This document shows, piece after piece, positions 1 through 9,840 of a DNA stretch of 64,000 bases. Below the pieces are notes generated by a model, which worked only from the letters and a program-made list of their open reading frames with translations, did no database searches and had not been told where the DNA came from. This DNA comes from Candidatus Latescibacterota bacterium (GTDB lineage: Bacteria; Latescibacterota; UBA2968): positions 4,800,001 to 4,864,000 of the forward strand of contig OZ244960.1 of assembly GCA_965222605.1 (NCBI GenBank). The letters run 5' to 3'. Position 1 is the first letter of the stretch. The number at the start of each line of letters is the position of its first letter. The translations under genes and the position numbers were made by a program.

Positions 1-1
1 C

Positions 2-349
2 GCGGATACGGTAGAAGAGACGCGTGAACAGATCGTCGGGGCGTGCAGCGTTCCCGAGGAACAGTTCCATCACATCAACATCATCGCATTCGTCTGGCTG
101 GAAGGTTATGAACGCGGAAACAGCGGGCGGATCAAGGATCAGACGTCGCGGCGGTTTCTGACAAGCGTACACTACACCGATGGCTCAGGTGCTCACGAGC
201 AAGTCTATTCGGAAGGATCAGGACTCTCGTTCAACGCACCGAGGGATGTGGCGCACGAAGCAAAGTGCCGAACTTTTTTAGAGGAGGCATTGAGAGAATC
301 GTCGCGGGATATGGATGAATTGAGGGAGCGATATCTGGCCTGGCATTAG
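2..349 (+). CDS. 5'-partial hypothetical protein (window edge)
   Basis: Open frame from position 2 (ADTVEETREQIVG...RERYLAWH) to TAG at 347-349; absent from the ORF track because the start lies outside the window. Confidence 0.6.
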   Translation, partial: ADTVEETREQIVGACSVPEEQFHHINIIAFVWLEGYERGNSGRIKDQTSRRFLTSVHYTDGSGAHEQVYSEGSGLSFNAPRDVAHEAKCRTFLEEALRESSRDMDELRERYLAWH

Positions 350-399
350 GAGCGGTGGATCCCCTTCGACTGGTAGCAGTCTCACGGCCCTTTTTTCGA

Positions 400-1530
400 T
401 CATGCCTGGATCTGCTCCAGCCAGCCTTCCAGGGTGTAGCGTGGGTCGCCGATCTCCTCCGGGCGGAGGCACGCCAGGTCGGTGCGGTGCACGGGCCGGA
501 TGCCGAGGTCGGGAAGGGTGGCGCCGCGCTGGTGGAGGTCGGTGCCGTAGAGTTTTTCCAGGACGACGCCGTTGGCGTCGCACCAGTCGCCCGAGTTGAG
601 GGTGGGTAGGCTCTCTTCGGGGTCGAAACCGGGGGCACCGAGGTGGCGGTGGATCCATTCCAGGGCGACGGTGTAGCCGAAGTAGGGTCGATGCCCTCCC
701 GCCGGTTCGAACCAGCAAGCGATGTGGCCGTCCGGGAAATTCGGAGCCGCGCAGGCCACGGCGTTCCTGGTACCTTCCCACGCGGCACTATCCCCCTCTG
801 TGTCGATGATGACGTCGGCGTCGCCGTTGAGGATGAGGACGGCGCAGTGGGGCGCAGCAAGGGAGAGGAATTCGGGCCAGGTACAGAGGGTGCGCAGGCG
901 CTGATTCGGTACGCGGGTGCAGAACTTGCCGGTGACCGTCATGGTGTCACACAGCGCCCAACCGGAGACCAGGGCCAGCTTGAGGCGGGTGTCGAGGGCC
1001 AGCATCCAGGAGGCCTTGGCGCCGCCGAGGGAGTTCCCCGCCACACCGACGCGCTCCCGGTCGATGTCGCTCCGTGTGAAGAGGAAATCGATGCCCCGCA
1101 TCGTGTCGAAGACGAGCTTGCCCATGATGAGCCGGTCAGCCCCATCGGCGCAGGTGTGGATCTCTTCGGGGTCGTGCGCTCGGGTACCCATGTCGCCGCA
1201 GATGTGCCGCTCTTCTTCTCCGACCGGGTCCAGAACCAGGCAGGCCAGTCCGAGTTTGGCGTAGAGCTGAGGGATGTAGGTGTACTGCCACTGGCTTTTG
1301 CTGCCGCCGTGGCCGCAGGTGATTACGATGGACGGCATGGGTGCGGTGGGGTGTGCCGGTCGATAGAGTACGGAGGGGACGCGGGAACCGGGTTCGCTCG
1401 TCCAGATCCATTTTTCGACGATGATTCCATCCCGTTCGATCTGTCCGCGGGACTCCGGAGCCAGGTCGCAGCGGACCGTGGGGATGCCCAGGAGGTCGTG
1501 CAGGTCGCGGCGCAGGGATTTGGTCTGCAT
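400..1530 (-). CDS. Alpha/beta hydrolase, acetyl-xylan-esterase/dienelactone-hydrolase-like
   Basis: GHGGSK, DPVGEEER and GNSLGG nucleophile elbow; NGDAD and GGH candidate acid and His residues. Confidence 0.8.
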   Translation of the reverse strand: MQTKSLRRDLHDLLGIPTVRCDLAPESRGQIERDGIIVEKWIWTSEPGSRVPSVLYRPAHPTAPMPSIVITCGHGGSKSQWQYTYIPQLYAKLGLACLVLDPVGEEERHICGDMGTRAHDPEEIHTCADGADRLIMGKLVFDTMRGIDFLFTRSDIDRERVGVAGNSLGGAKASWMLALDTRLKLALVSGWALCDTMTVTGKFCTRVPNQRLRTLCTWPEFLSLAAPHCAVLILNGDADVIIDTEGDSAAWEGTRNAVACAAPNFPDGHIACWFEPAGGHRPYFGYTVALEWIHRHLGAPGFDPEESLPTLNSGDWCDANGVVLEKLYGTDLHQRGATLPDLGIRPVHRTDLACLRPEEIGDPRYTLEGWLEQIQA

Positions 1531-1544
1531 TGGACTCGCTCCCG

Positions 1545-2630
1545 CTAAAACTTGAAGGTGAAGATTTTGATCGTGTGTGGACTCGGGTCTGGTCTGGTGA
1601 AGTCCAGGGTCTTGTACTGCTCGGGCACGGTGGACCAGCCTTCGTAGATGTTGCCGCCGAAGTAGAAACGCCGCGTCATGCCTGGCCTCGTGGTCGGAGT
1701 GCCCGTCGCGAAGAGCTCGTAGGAATGCTCCGGCGGGCGCGGGCCGGTTTGATCGCCGTGAGGCACGTACTCTCTGAGACCGTCGCCATCGACGTCCGCT
1801 CGAATCCAGTCGAGGTGGAGCAGGCGATGGTAGCTGCCATCGACGATCATGCCGACCAGCCTGGTGTTGAACCGCGAGATAATCAACTCGGCGTCCGGAA
1901 GCGAGCGGCGGATGGCGAGGTGAAGCGAGCGTGTGAGCAGCGGCGTCGAGCCGAACGCCAGCCGCGTTCGAGCTTCTTCTCCGTGGTTGCTGATGAGGTA
2001 CTGGATTACCAGGTCGTCCATCAGCGTGTAGTCCGCCTCACCGTTGAGGAGTTTTGCGACGCTGTCCTCTGGGCTGTTCGAGCCGACGAAGATTGGCCCG
2101 ACCGTCGTCTCGACTGCCTCGCCATACGCGTATCCGGCAACCAGGGCGATCCGCTTGCCGGCGAGGTCGGCCAGCGCGGTCGCAGACACGTCGCTGCCCT
2201 GCCGCCCGACGAGGATCAACCGGTTCTCAAGATATGGCTGCGAGTAAAGTAGCACGCGTTCGCGCTCCGCGTCCTTCCAGAGAGCTGCGCTTCCGTCGAA
2301 CTCACCGCTCAGCAGTGAGGGCGTCAGCCTGGCCTCGTCCACGATGACCGTTTCGGCGATGATCCCTATGCGTTCGAGAGCCACGCCAACCAGATCAAGG
2401 GCGAACCGCGGTTGTCCCGGCGCGTTGGTGAACGGCGACCACGCCGTCGACACGAGTTGCAGTTGCCGATCCTGCGCTACTGCTATGATCGGTATGGCGA
2501 TGATCAGGAGTAGCAGCGCTCTGGTCGTCCACCGGCTCCAACGAAGAAGCCGTGTTTGGCGCATGGGGCGTGAACTGTCTATTTCCGTGCGTCGCTCAAC
2601 GGGTCGTCTTTCTCTCGCCTGACTGCTCAT
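1545..2630 (-). CDS. Extracellular solute-binding protein (family 3-like) with C-terminal extension
   Basis: Signal/TM segment, WSPF, YSQPY, LAGKRIALVAGYAY, GSYHRL; C-terminal DVDGDG motif; start chosen after GAGAGGA (ORF track extends to 2672). Confidence 0.7.
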   Translation of the reverse strand: MSSQARERRPVERRTEIDSSRPMRQTRLLRWSRWTTRALLLLIIAIPIIAVAQDRQLQLVSTAWSPFTNAPGQPRFALDLVGVALERIGIIAETVIVDEARLTPSLLSGEFDGSAALWKDAERERVLLYSQPYLENRLILVGRQGSDVSATALADLAGKRIALVAGYAYGEAVETTVGPIFVGSNSPEDSVAKLLNGEADYTLMDDLVIQYLISNHGEEARTRLAFGSTPLLTRSLHLAIRRSLPDAELIISRFNTRLVGMIVDGSYHRLLHLDWIRADVDGDGLREYVPHGDQTGPRPPEHSYELFATGTPTTRPGMTRRFYFGGNIYEGWSTVPEQYKTLDFTRPDPSPHTIKIFTFKF

Positions 2631-2832
2631 GGGAAATCCTCTCTCAAGGGAGATTGCGGTTGGTATGTTCATGGACCGGAGACCAGGACCGTCAGCGCCC
2701 TATTGGATCAGCTCGGGCTCGCAACGTCCTGTTTCTAAACGGACAATATATATACCTCCTACAGGAGGTCAAAAGAAAACTTAAGAGGATTAAAAAATGG
2801 CAAACGACGAATTTGTGATTCCGCGACAAAAA

Positions 2833-2862
2833 ATCGCGACTTCTAAAAATGGAAGTCGCGAT
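2833..2862 (-). terminator. Intrinsic terminator after tmRNA
   Basis: ATCGCGACTTC-N8-GAAGTCGCGAT inverted repeat with a T-run on the minus strand. Confidence 0.75.
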
Positions 2863-2871
2863 GCAAGTTAT

Positions 2872-3256
2872 TGGTGGAGGCGGCGGGAATCGAACCCGCG
2901 TCCGAAAGCAGTTTAACAACGGCATCTACGTGTGTAGTCTATTCACTTAGAATCTCACATCTCGCGCCCCAACAGACAGGGTCGCTGAGATGCCAGCTCG
3001 ATGGTTGGGGCTGTGGCCCGCTCTCATCCGGAGGCCCTCGAGCGGAAACCCCCGCACCAGCCTGCTCTCGTCGGCGCTCTGCCCAGACCACGCAGGCAAG
3101 GTCTGAGAGAACGGACTGCGTAACGGTTAGTTAGGCAGCCATTGCGTACGTGTTATCGTCCGCAGTTGCGTTTTTTCCCAATTGTTTTACGAGGTGATTG
3201 GGCACCTCGACACGCAGCCATCATCTCTCCACCCCCGTCGAAGCCATGTCGCCCCC
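2872..3256 (-). ncRNA. ssrA: tmRNA (transfer-messenger RNA), tag peptide ADDNTYAMAA
   Basis: 5' GGGGGCGACATGGCTTCGAC and 3' GCGGGTTCGATTCCCGCCGCCTCCACCA tRNA-like ends; internal ORF GCG GAC GAT AAC ACG TAC GCA ATG GCT GCC TAA at 3163-3131. Confidence 0.97.
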
Positions 3257-3268
3257 AGCACGTTGAAA

Positions 3269-3297
3269 AATATATCTAAGTTAATCCTTCCAGTCAA
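3269..3297 (-). promoter_or_regulatory. sigma70-like promoter of ssrA
   Basis: TTGACT-N17-TATATT just upstream of the tmRNA 5' end. Confidence 0.7.
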
Positions 3298-3320
3298 GCA
3301 GTCAACTGTCCAACCCCAGC

Positions 3321-4256
3321 CTAATTTCCCCTAAACCACGCAATTGTCTGTCGCAATCCCTCCTCTGGCGTCACCCTGGGTTCCCATCCCAGGAGTTTTT
3401 TGGCCAGGGTGATATCGGGTTGTCGCATTTGGGGATCGTCGCCGATTTGTGCGTTGGGCATCAGCGCGATCTCGCTTTTGCTATCAGTTAGTTCAATAAT
3501 CTTCTTTGCCAGATCTAACATCGATGTCTCACTCGCTGGATTGCCGATGTTTACTGGTGCGTGATAATCTGTGTGCATCAATCGATAGATCCCTTCAATC
3601 AGGTCCGAAACATAACAAATACTGCGCGTTTGACTGCCATCGCCATATACTTTCAATGGTTCACCTGCCAGTGCCTGATTGACAAAATTGGGAATGGCTC
3701 GTCCATCGTTTTTGCGCATGCGAGGGCCATAGGTATTAAAAATCCGCACAATTCGCGTATCGACCCCGCTTTCGCGGTGATAGGCCATTGTCATGGCCTC
3801 GGCAAAACGCTTGGCTTCGTCATAGACGCCACGCACGCCCAGTGTATTGACATTGCCCAAATACGATTCTGGCTGTGGATGCACCAGGGGGTCGCCGTAA
3901 ATCTCGGATGTTGAGGCCAAAAAAAACTTCGCTTTTTTTGTACGCGCCACACCGAGCGCGTTGTGCGTGCCGTGTGCGCCCACTTTCAGGATGCGGATTG
4001 GATAGCGCGAAAAATCATCGGGGCTGGCCGGGCTGGCAAAATGCAACACATAATCCAGTGGCCCTTTCACATAGATGTATTGTGTCACATCGTGTTTAAT
4101 AAATGTAAAACCATCTCGTCCAAACAGATGCGCGATATTTTTTGCACGTCCGGTCAACAGATTATCCATGACAATTAGTTCGTGCCTTTCATCCAGCAAA
4201 CGGTCACACAAATGCGACCCTAAAAACCCCGCGCCACCTGTTATTAAAATACGCAT
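3321..4256 (-). CDS. UDP-glucuronate decarboxylase / NAD-dependent epimerase-dehydratase
   Basis: [35 protein letters not shown]; start at MRILITGG. Confidence 0.9.
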   Translation of the reverse strand: MRILITGGAGFLGSHLCDRLLDERHELIVMDNLLTGRAKNIAHLFGRDGFTFIKHDVTQYIYVKGPLDYVLHFASPASPDDFSRYPIRILKVGAHGTHNALGVARTKKAKFFLASTSEIYGDPLVHPQPESYLGNVNTLGVRGVYDEAKRFAEAMTMAYHRESGVDTRIVRIFNTYGPRMRKNDGRAIPNFVNQALAGEPLKVYGDGSQTRSICYVSDLIEGIYRLMHTDYHAPVNIGNPASETSMLDLAKKIIELTDSKSEIALMPNAQIGDDPQMRQPDITLAKKLLGWEPRVTPEEGLRQTIAWFRGN

Positions 4257-4266
4257 ATAATCCCTG

Positions 4267-5613
4267 TTACAATTTAAAGACGTGATCTTTTTTTCCAGAT
4301 ACGGCCTGTGTGGCATTGCGCGTATCGACAATACAGCGCGCGTGTTTTACAATCCAGTCGTAGTCGCAATCGCTGTGATGTGTCACAATCACCACACAAT
4401 GGGACGCAGTTAAGTTTTTCTCGTTTAAAGTAATGCTCTTCAAGTCCAAACTGTCTGTCTGCAAGTGATCTACAAACGGATCAGAATACGAGACCTTAGC
4501 GCCTTTCTCTCCAAGCATTTCTATAATATCCAATGCCGGCGACTCGCGAATATCGCTCACATCGGGCTTGTACGTCACGCCCAATATCAAAATGTTCGAG
4601 CCTTTCAAACACCGTTCGTATTCGTTGAGTGCGCCGGTGATTTTATCGACCACATAACCAGGCATGCTGCGCGTCACTTCGCTGGCCAATTCGATAAAGC
4701 GCGCATTGTAATTCAAGGTCTTCAGCTTCCAGGCCAGAAAGTGTGGATCAACCGGGATACAATGCCCACCCAGCCCAGGGCCGGGATAAAATGGCATAAA
4801 CCCAAACGGCTTGGTCGCTGCAGCATCGATTACTTCCCAAACATCCACTCCCAGACGGTCACACATTAGTGCCACTTCATTGACAAGACCTATATTCACA
4901 CTGCGAAATGTATTTTCCAGCAACTTGGTCATTTCAGCGGCCTGGGTCGTTGAGACCGGCACGACTTCGCCAATCAATTGCCGGTAAAAATGTGTGCCTA
5001 TTTCTGTGCAAGACGGTGTAATACCACCCACGACTTTGGGCGTGTTGGTGATGGTATAAACCCTATTGCCCGGATCAATGCGCTCTGGGGAAAATACCAA
5101 AAAAAAGTCTCGACCGGCCTTCAAGCCACTTTCTTCAAGCAAGGGCAATACCAGTTCATGAGTCGTACCTGGATATGTGGTACTCTCCAGAATTACCAGT
5201 TGTCCGCAACACAATCGATCTTTGATTGCATCACACGCTTGTAAAATAAACGAGACATCCGGGTCGCGTGTTTTATTTAAGGGCGTGGGCACACACACCA
5301 CCACCACATCGGCCTCATTGAGTACATCGCATTCTCGCGTCGCTGTCAATTTCCCCACAGCTTTGAGACCCGCCACTTCAAATTCCGATACACCTTGCAC
5401 ATCGGACTTTCCCGATTCGACGAGATCTACTTTGCGCGCCGATGTATCGATCCCCGTGACGGAAAATCCCACCTTACCCAATTCCACGGATAGGGCCAAT
5501 CCCACATACCCCAATCCCATCACCGCCACCCGCGCCTCGTGCGATGCAATCTTCTCCTCCAGCATCTGTCTGGGATTGGCGATTTCTCGAGACACACTTT
5601 CTGTTATAGCCAT
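4267..5613 (-). CDS. Nucleotide-sugar 6-dehydrogenase (WbpA/TviB-like UDP-GlcNAc dehydrogenase)
   Basis: [33 protein letters not shown]. Confidence 0.9.
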   Translation of the reverse strand: MAITESVSREIANPRQMLEEKIASHEARVAVMGLGYVGLALSVELGKVGFSVTGIDTSARKVDLVESGKSDVQGVSEFEVAGLKAVGKLTATRECDVLNEADVVVVCVPTPLNKTRDPDVSFILQACDAIKDRLCCGQLVILESTTYPGTTHELVLPLLEESGLKAGRDFFLVFSPERIDPGNRVYTITNTPKVVGGITPSCTEIGTHFYRQLIGEVVPVSTTQAAEMTKLLENTFRSVNIGLVNEVALMCDRLGVDVWEVIDAAATKPFGFMPFYPGPGLGGHCIPVDPHFLAWKLKTLNYNARFIELASEVTRSMPGYVVDKITGALNEYERCLKGSNILILGVTYKPDVSDIRESPALDIIEMLGEKGAKVSYSDPFVDHLQTDSLDLKSITLNEKNLTASHCVVIVTHHSDCDYDWIVKHARCIVDTRNATQAVSGKKDHVFKL

Positions 5614-6536
5614 TATGTTATCCGCTCTGGCCCGATCATTTGAATCAATACGGCCTTTTGAATGTGCATGCGATTCTCAGCTTGATCCACAGCAATGCAT
5701 CGCTCGCTTGCCATGACTTCATCTGTCACTTCATATCCCTTGTGTGCAGGCAAGCAGTGCATCACATAAGCGTCGGTCTTTTTGAGCAAATCGCCATTGA
5801 TCTGATATGGCATAAATAATTTAGCGCGTCGCTCTTTTTCTTCTGCAAATTCTGGATTGTTAAAAAATTCCATATCGATCCACGTATCGGTATAAAGAAA
5901 ATCTGCATCGGCAACAGCGGCTTCCAGATCCAGCGTTTCTTCAAATAACCCGGTTGCACGCGCTGCTTTGACCAGTTCGGGATCTGCCGATGGCTTGTTG
6001 ATCTCTGGCGTCACAGCAGTTATGCGTACGCCGGCTTTTGTACACGCTGTCACCAGCGAATTGCACACATTGTTCCAGATGCCCGCATAAACCACATGAG
6101 TCCCCGCTAACTTACCTCGCACTTCCAGGATCGACAGCAGATCGCCCAGGGCTTGACAGGGGTGATAGCGGTCGCAACATCCGTTGATCACCGGGACTTC
6201 GGAACCGAGGGTCAGCCGAAGCAAATCTTCGTGTTTGAGCATGCGCGCCATAATCACATCTGCATACCGCGACAGCACTTGTGCTTCATCGCGCACATCG
6301 GCCAATCCAAAATTGGTGGTCATCCAGTCCAAAAACACGGCCTGACCTCCCAATTGATGCATGCCCACTTCAAAAGATACGCGAGTGCGCGTCGATGTTT
6401 TCTGAAATAACATCGCCAAAGTTTGTCCCTTTAGCAAACTCTCATAGCGTTCGGGACTCTTTTTAATCACCAGACCCATTTCTACCGCACGTAAAATATC
6501 ATCTGGCGACCACGTCTTTAGTGTCAAAAGATCCAT
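5613..6536 (-). CDS. argF: Ornithine carbamoyltransferase
   Basis: STRTR, HPCQ, HCLP, QAENR motifs. Confidence 0.85.
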   Translation of the reverse strand: MDLLTLKTWSPDDILRAVEMGLVIKKSPERYESLLKGQTLAMLFQKTSTRTRVSFEVGMHQLGGQAVFLDWMTTNFGLADVRDEAQVLSRYADVIMARMLKHEDLLRLTLGSEVPVINGCCDRYHPCQALGDLLSILEVRGKLAGTHVVYAGIWNNVCNSLVTACTKAGVRITAVTPEINKPSADPELVKAARATGLFEETLDLEAAVADADFLYTDTWIDMEFFNNPEFAEEKERRAKLFMPYQINGDLLKKTDAYVMHCLPAHKGYEVTDEVMASERCIAVDQAENRMHIQKAVLIQMIGPERIT

Positions 6537-6625
6537 ATTCCTTTCCTTTCCATTGAACCGCTGCTACAGCCTGCTCCTGCTGGAATCAAGCAGGAGGTTG
6601 CCAGGCCTGGGGGAGTTTCACCGAT

Positions 6626-7612
6626 TCACAATTGTTCGCGCACAAGAGATAGCAAACGCGCTTGCACTTCATTGACAGAGCCTTTAATCTCGCATCCCGA
6701 TGCGAGGATGTGACCGCCACCATCAAATTGGCGGGCAATGCGATTGACATCCACTTTTCCCCGCGACCGCAAACTCACGCGCTGTTGCCCCGGCTCCTGC
6801 TCTTTAAGAAATAGTGCGACTTCGACTCCGTCAATCGACATTGCGTGATCGACCACCCCATCCAGATCGCCATTCATCGCATGCGTTTTGTGATCGACGT
6901 ACAATGTGCTGATCTGTCCATTTTCGTGTAGCGTCAGGTTCGACAGTGCGAACCCCAGAGTTTTTACCGTTTGGTATGTCTGATGCGAAAACATATTCTC
7001 TGCAATTTGCTGTGGATCAGCACCGTATGTAACGAGTTCTGCGGCAGCGCGGAGGGCGCGTTCTGGATGCGAATGCCTAAAGAGCTTTGTGTCAAAGACA
7101 ATTCCAGCATATAAACACGTCGCGATCTCGGGTGTAAATCCCGCGTTACTACGACGGGCATACCAGTTTATGAGCAAATAGATCAATTCACTGGCAGAGC
7201 TGGCATCCGGATCAATCACCCGTACATCGCTCTCTTCATCTGCATCCACATGGTGATCGATCACCAGCGTTTTGGTCGCAGGCCCAATCAGACCCGCGAC
7301 ATCGCCAATGCGTTTTTCCGATGTCGTCGTATCCACCACCACGAGGCGCGGCACGGGCGAGGACCTGGTTCTTGCACTATGCGGGTACACCGATTCAATG
7401 CGATCATAGCCCGGCAAAAACTGATATTTGCGATCCGGCGTCTCGTCCGCCACCACAAGGCGATGCTTTTTGCCCTGCCTCGTCAGCCAATGGCTCAACC
7501 CCAAAAGCGCACCGAGGCCATCGCCATCGGCATTCACATGCGTTGTTAGCACGAGTTTATCGCCTGAAAATAAAAAATTCAGAGCCGCTTGAAAGTCCAT
7601 TGTTATATCCAA
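6626..7612 (-). CDS. nrnA: DHH-family oligoribonuclease/PAP phosphatase
   Basis: HxxxDGD, VVD, IDHH, DT, SLRS, GGGH. Confidence 0.85.
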   Translation of the reverse strand: MDITMDFQAALNFLFSGDKLVLTTHVNADGDGLGALLGLSHWLTRQGKKHRLVVADETPDRKYQFLPGYDRIESVYPHSARTRSSPVPRLVVVDTTTSEKRIGDVAGLIGPATKTLVIDHHVDADEESDVRVIDPDASSASELIYLLINWYARRSNAGFTPEIATCLYAGIVFDTKLFRHSHPERALRAAAELVTYGADPQQIAENMFSHQTYQTVKTLGFALSNLTLHENGQISTLYVDHKTHAMNGDLDGVVDHAMSIDGVEVALFLKEQEPGQQRVSLRSRGKVDVNRIARQFDGGGHILASGCEIKGSVNEVQARLLSLVREQL

Positions 7613-7645
7613 ATGTACGCATCAGTGCAAGAGAATAGCTGTTCA

Positions 7646-8236
7646 TCAACGTTTTAAAATCTGCTCGTGCTGGCGTTTGCGTTGCAATAAAATTTGCTGT
7701 CGCTGCTTCTGCGAACTAAGTATGGTATAAAGAATACTCACCCGTTTGCCCGCCGCTTGCAATGCCTGAACATCCCGCTGGTCCTGATCTTTTAACCGGG
7801 ACAAATACAGCATGCGTTGGGCTGCATCTCGTAGTGACTTTGCCGAAAATAACACCGATAGTATTCCCTGTCGTCCTATTTTGTATATCTCACGCGCACG
7901 TTGCGCTATATTCCGCTCGCGATTTTTGAGTTGCGACTCGGCTTGTCGAAGCTGTTGCTCGGTACTGTTGATTTTATCACTTAGACTATTGATTTCATCA
8001 GCGATATTTAGAGATGTGTCCTTCGTTTTTTCACTCTCACTTTCAGGTTGAGCCGATGCTTCCTGCGGGGGTTGAGGATTCAAGTCACGCACTTTCAAGC
8101 TGTCCATCGCCGCTTGCTCAGCTTTCAGGCGCGTTTCCAACTCTGTTATTGTCTGCGCTCTTCCATCGGGCGGTAATGCGAGTAGAAAAGCTATGATATG
8201 CAATATATACACTGGTTTTTGCACACTATACCTCAA
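7646..8236 (-). CDS. EnvC/CwlO-like coiled-coil protein lacking the C-terminal LytM domain
   Basis: Signal peptide, coiled coil, RAREIYKIG...LFSAKS motif typical of EnvC N-termini; directly downstream of ftsX. Confidence 0.65.
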   Translation of the reverse strand: MRYSVQKPVYILHIIAFLLALPPDGRAQTITELETRLKAEQAAMDSLKVRDLNPQPPQEASAQPESESEKTKDTSLNIADEINSLSDKINSTEQQLRQAESQLKNRERNIAQRAREIYKIGRQGILSVLFSAKSLRDAAQRMLYLSRLKDQDQRDVQALQAAGKRVSILYTILSSQKQRQQILLQRKRQHEQILKR

Positions 8237-8251
8237 TGGTCAGGCACTGCC

Positions 8252-9136
8252 CTACGCAATTTCTCTCAACATGCGGTTCAGTGATGCCCAACTGCCTATC
8301 GCGCCCAGCACGGTGCCCAATACCACCAGGCAGAATGCCTGCTCTATCGTTGGTGTGACTGTTAAATCCGGTACGCGAACAGCCCACGACGATGCTATAT
8401 AAGCCAACAGCAGGGGTGCCAAAAATCCACCGACAAAGCCCAGTAGTGCGCCCCCAGCCCCAAAGATCATCCGCACTGTTGTATTCGTCGCGCCGACCAA
8501 CCGCATAATCTCAATGGCATCGCGTTGCGCCAGTACCATCAACTTGGTCGCATGGCTTACTGCAAATACACACGCAAAACACAGCATACACCCAAGCGCG
8601 AGTCCAATTCCGGTGATTACTTCAATAAAATGCTCTAAAGAATCCGCCCAAACTTCACCCACATTTACACCTTCTACAGCACTATGACCGGTTACAGATT
8701 TTGCAACAGCCCGAGCGCGGCGCGGCATATTCTCGCCGGGCGAAATGCGTACTCTGAGCGAAGCAGGCAATGGATTGCGCGATAGCGCATCGACCGTACC
8801 CAGGCCAAATAGTGACCGAAATTCTCTGGCAGCAGCGTCCTGGTCCACATACACAATTCCGCCTACCTCGGACCTCGCTTCTAACGTGCGCCGCAATGCG
8901 AATACGCGCTGAGGTGAAACGCCATCTTTTAAGTAAATGTCTATCTCTACCCGCGAGCGCAATCGGTTAAGCAGCGCGTTTCCACTCTCGATCACCTGCC
9001 AAAAGAATCCCAATACCAGCAGCGATGCCCCAATGGTCGCCACAGAAATCACACCTGCGATTCCCGTACGCATAACCCCTTGCAATGCCTCGCGAAATAC
9101 CAGCGACAAATTCATTTCACTTTTCCATTTGATCAA
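8252..9136 (-). CDS. ftsX: Cell division permease FtsX
   Basis: TM1, EIDIYL, NPLPASL, IEIMRLVGAT; overlaps ftsE. Confidence 0.88.
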   Translation of the reverse strand: MIKWKSEMNLSLVFREALQGVMRTGIAGVISVATIGASLLVLGFFWQVIESGNALLNRLRSRVEIDIYLKDGVSPQRVFALRRTLEARSEVGGIVYVDQDAAAREFRSLFGLGTVDALSRNPLPASLRVRISPGENMPRRARAVAKSVTGHSAVEGVNVGEVWADSLEHFIEVITGIGLALGCMLCFACVFAVSHATKLMVLAQRDAIEIMRLVGATNTTVRMIFGAGGALLGFVGGFLAPLLLAYIASSWAVRVPDLTVTPTIEQAFCLVVLGTVLGAIGSWASLNRMLREIA

Positions 9137-9798
9137 TTTATAGTCTGCTCAATGATCTCATTTTTCAACTGCAATATTCGCCGCGGATATCGGTCCTTCA
9201 GCGCTGCATCATGTGTCGCTATGACCACAGCTATTCCGCGCGCATTCATCTTCTGAAAAATAGCTATGACATGCTCGGTCGCCTCGGAATCCAGATTGGC
9301 TGTTGGTTCATCTGCCAACAAGACAAAAGGATCATTCACCAGTGCCCGCGCAATTGCCACCCGCAACTGCTCATCACCCGACAGCCCATCTGGATACGCA
9401 TTGCGTTTGTGCAACAAATCCACATCCGACAATATCGCTTGTGTTCTGCGCTTGATCCAGCGCCGCGAAACACCTGTTACTTCAAGCGCAAAAGCCACAT
9501 TTTCATAAACTGTGCGATGGTGCAACAATTTGAAGTCTCGAAACACCACACCCACTTGTCGTCGCAATCGCGGGATATCCGTTTTCCGAATCTGCCGAGA
9601 GTCGTATTCCCCTACAACTACCATACCCGCATCGGGCAATTCCTCAAATATAATCAGTCTGAATAGCGCGCGTTTCTCCGCTTCTGTGTGTCCAGTCAGA
9701 TAGACAAATTCGCCCTGATTGATCTCTGTGTTGGCATCGACCAATATCGGTTGACCCTGCTGCTTGACCCGCACGTTTTGTAATTTAATCACTGGCAT
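9133..9798 (-). CDS. ftsE: FtsE-like ABC ATPase with degenerate Walker A
   Basis: IPRLRRQVGVVFRDFKLL, TVYENVAF, LSGDEQLRVAIARAL, LLADEPT, ATHD; P-loop reads GHTEAEKR. Confidence 0.85.
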   Translation of the reverse strand: MPVIKLQNVRVKQQGQPILVDANTEINQGEFVYLTGHTEAEKRALFRLIIFEELPDAGMVVVGEYDSRQIRKTDIPRLRRQVGVVFRDFKLLHHRTVYENVAFALEVTGVSRRWIKRRTQAILSDVDLLHKRNAYPDGLSGDEQLRVAIARALVNDPFVLLADEPTANLDSEATEHVIAIFQKMNARGIAVVIATHDAALKDRYPRRILQLKNEIIEQTIN

Positions 9799-9840
9799 GG
9801 TGTACAACTGCGTCAGCAGTTCCAATATCCACTTTTTGAA

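Noticed and set aside
2678-2740. Imperfect palindrome as an integron attC site
   Set aside because: Lacks clear RYYYAAC/GTTRRRY ends, and there is no second site or integrase.
2692-3134. ORFs 2692-2925 and 2871-3134
   Set aside because: Shadow ORFs over the tmRNA.
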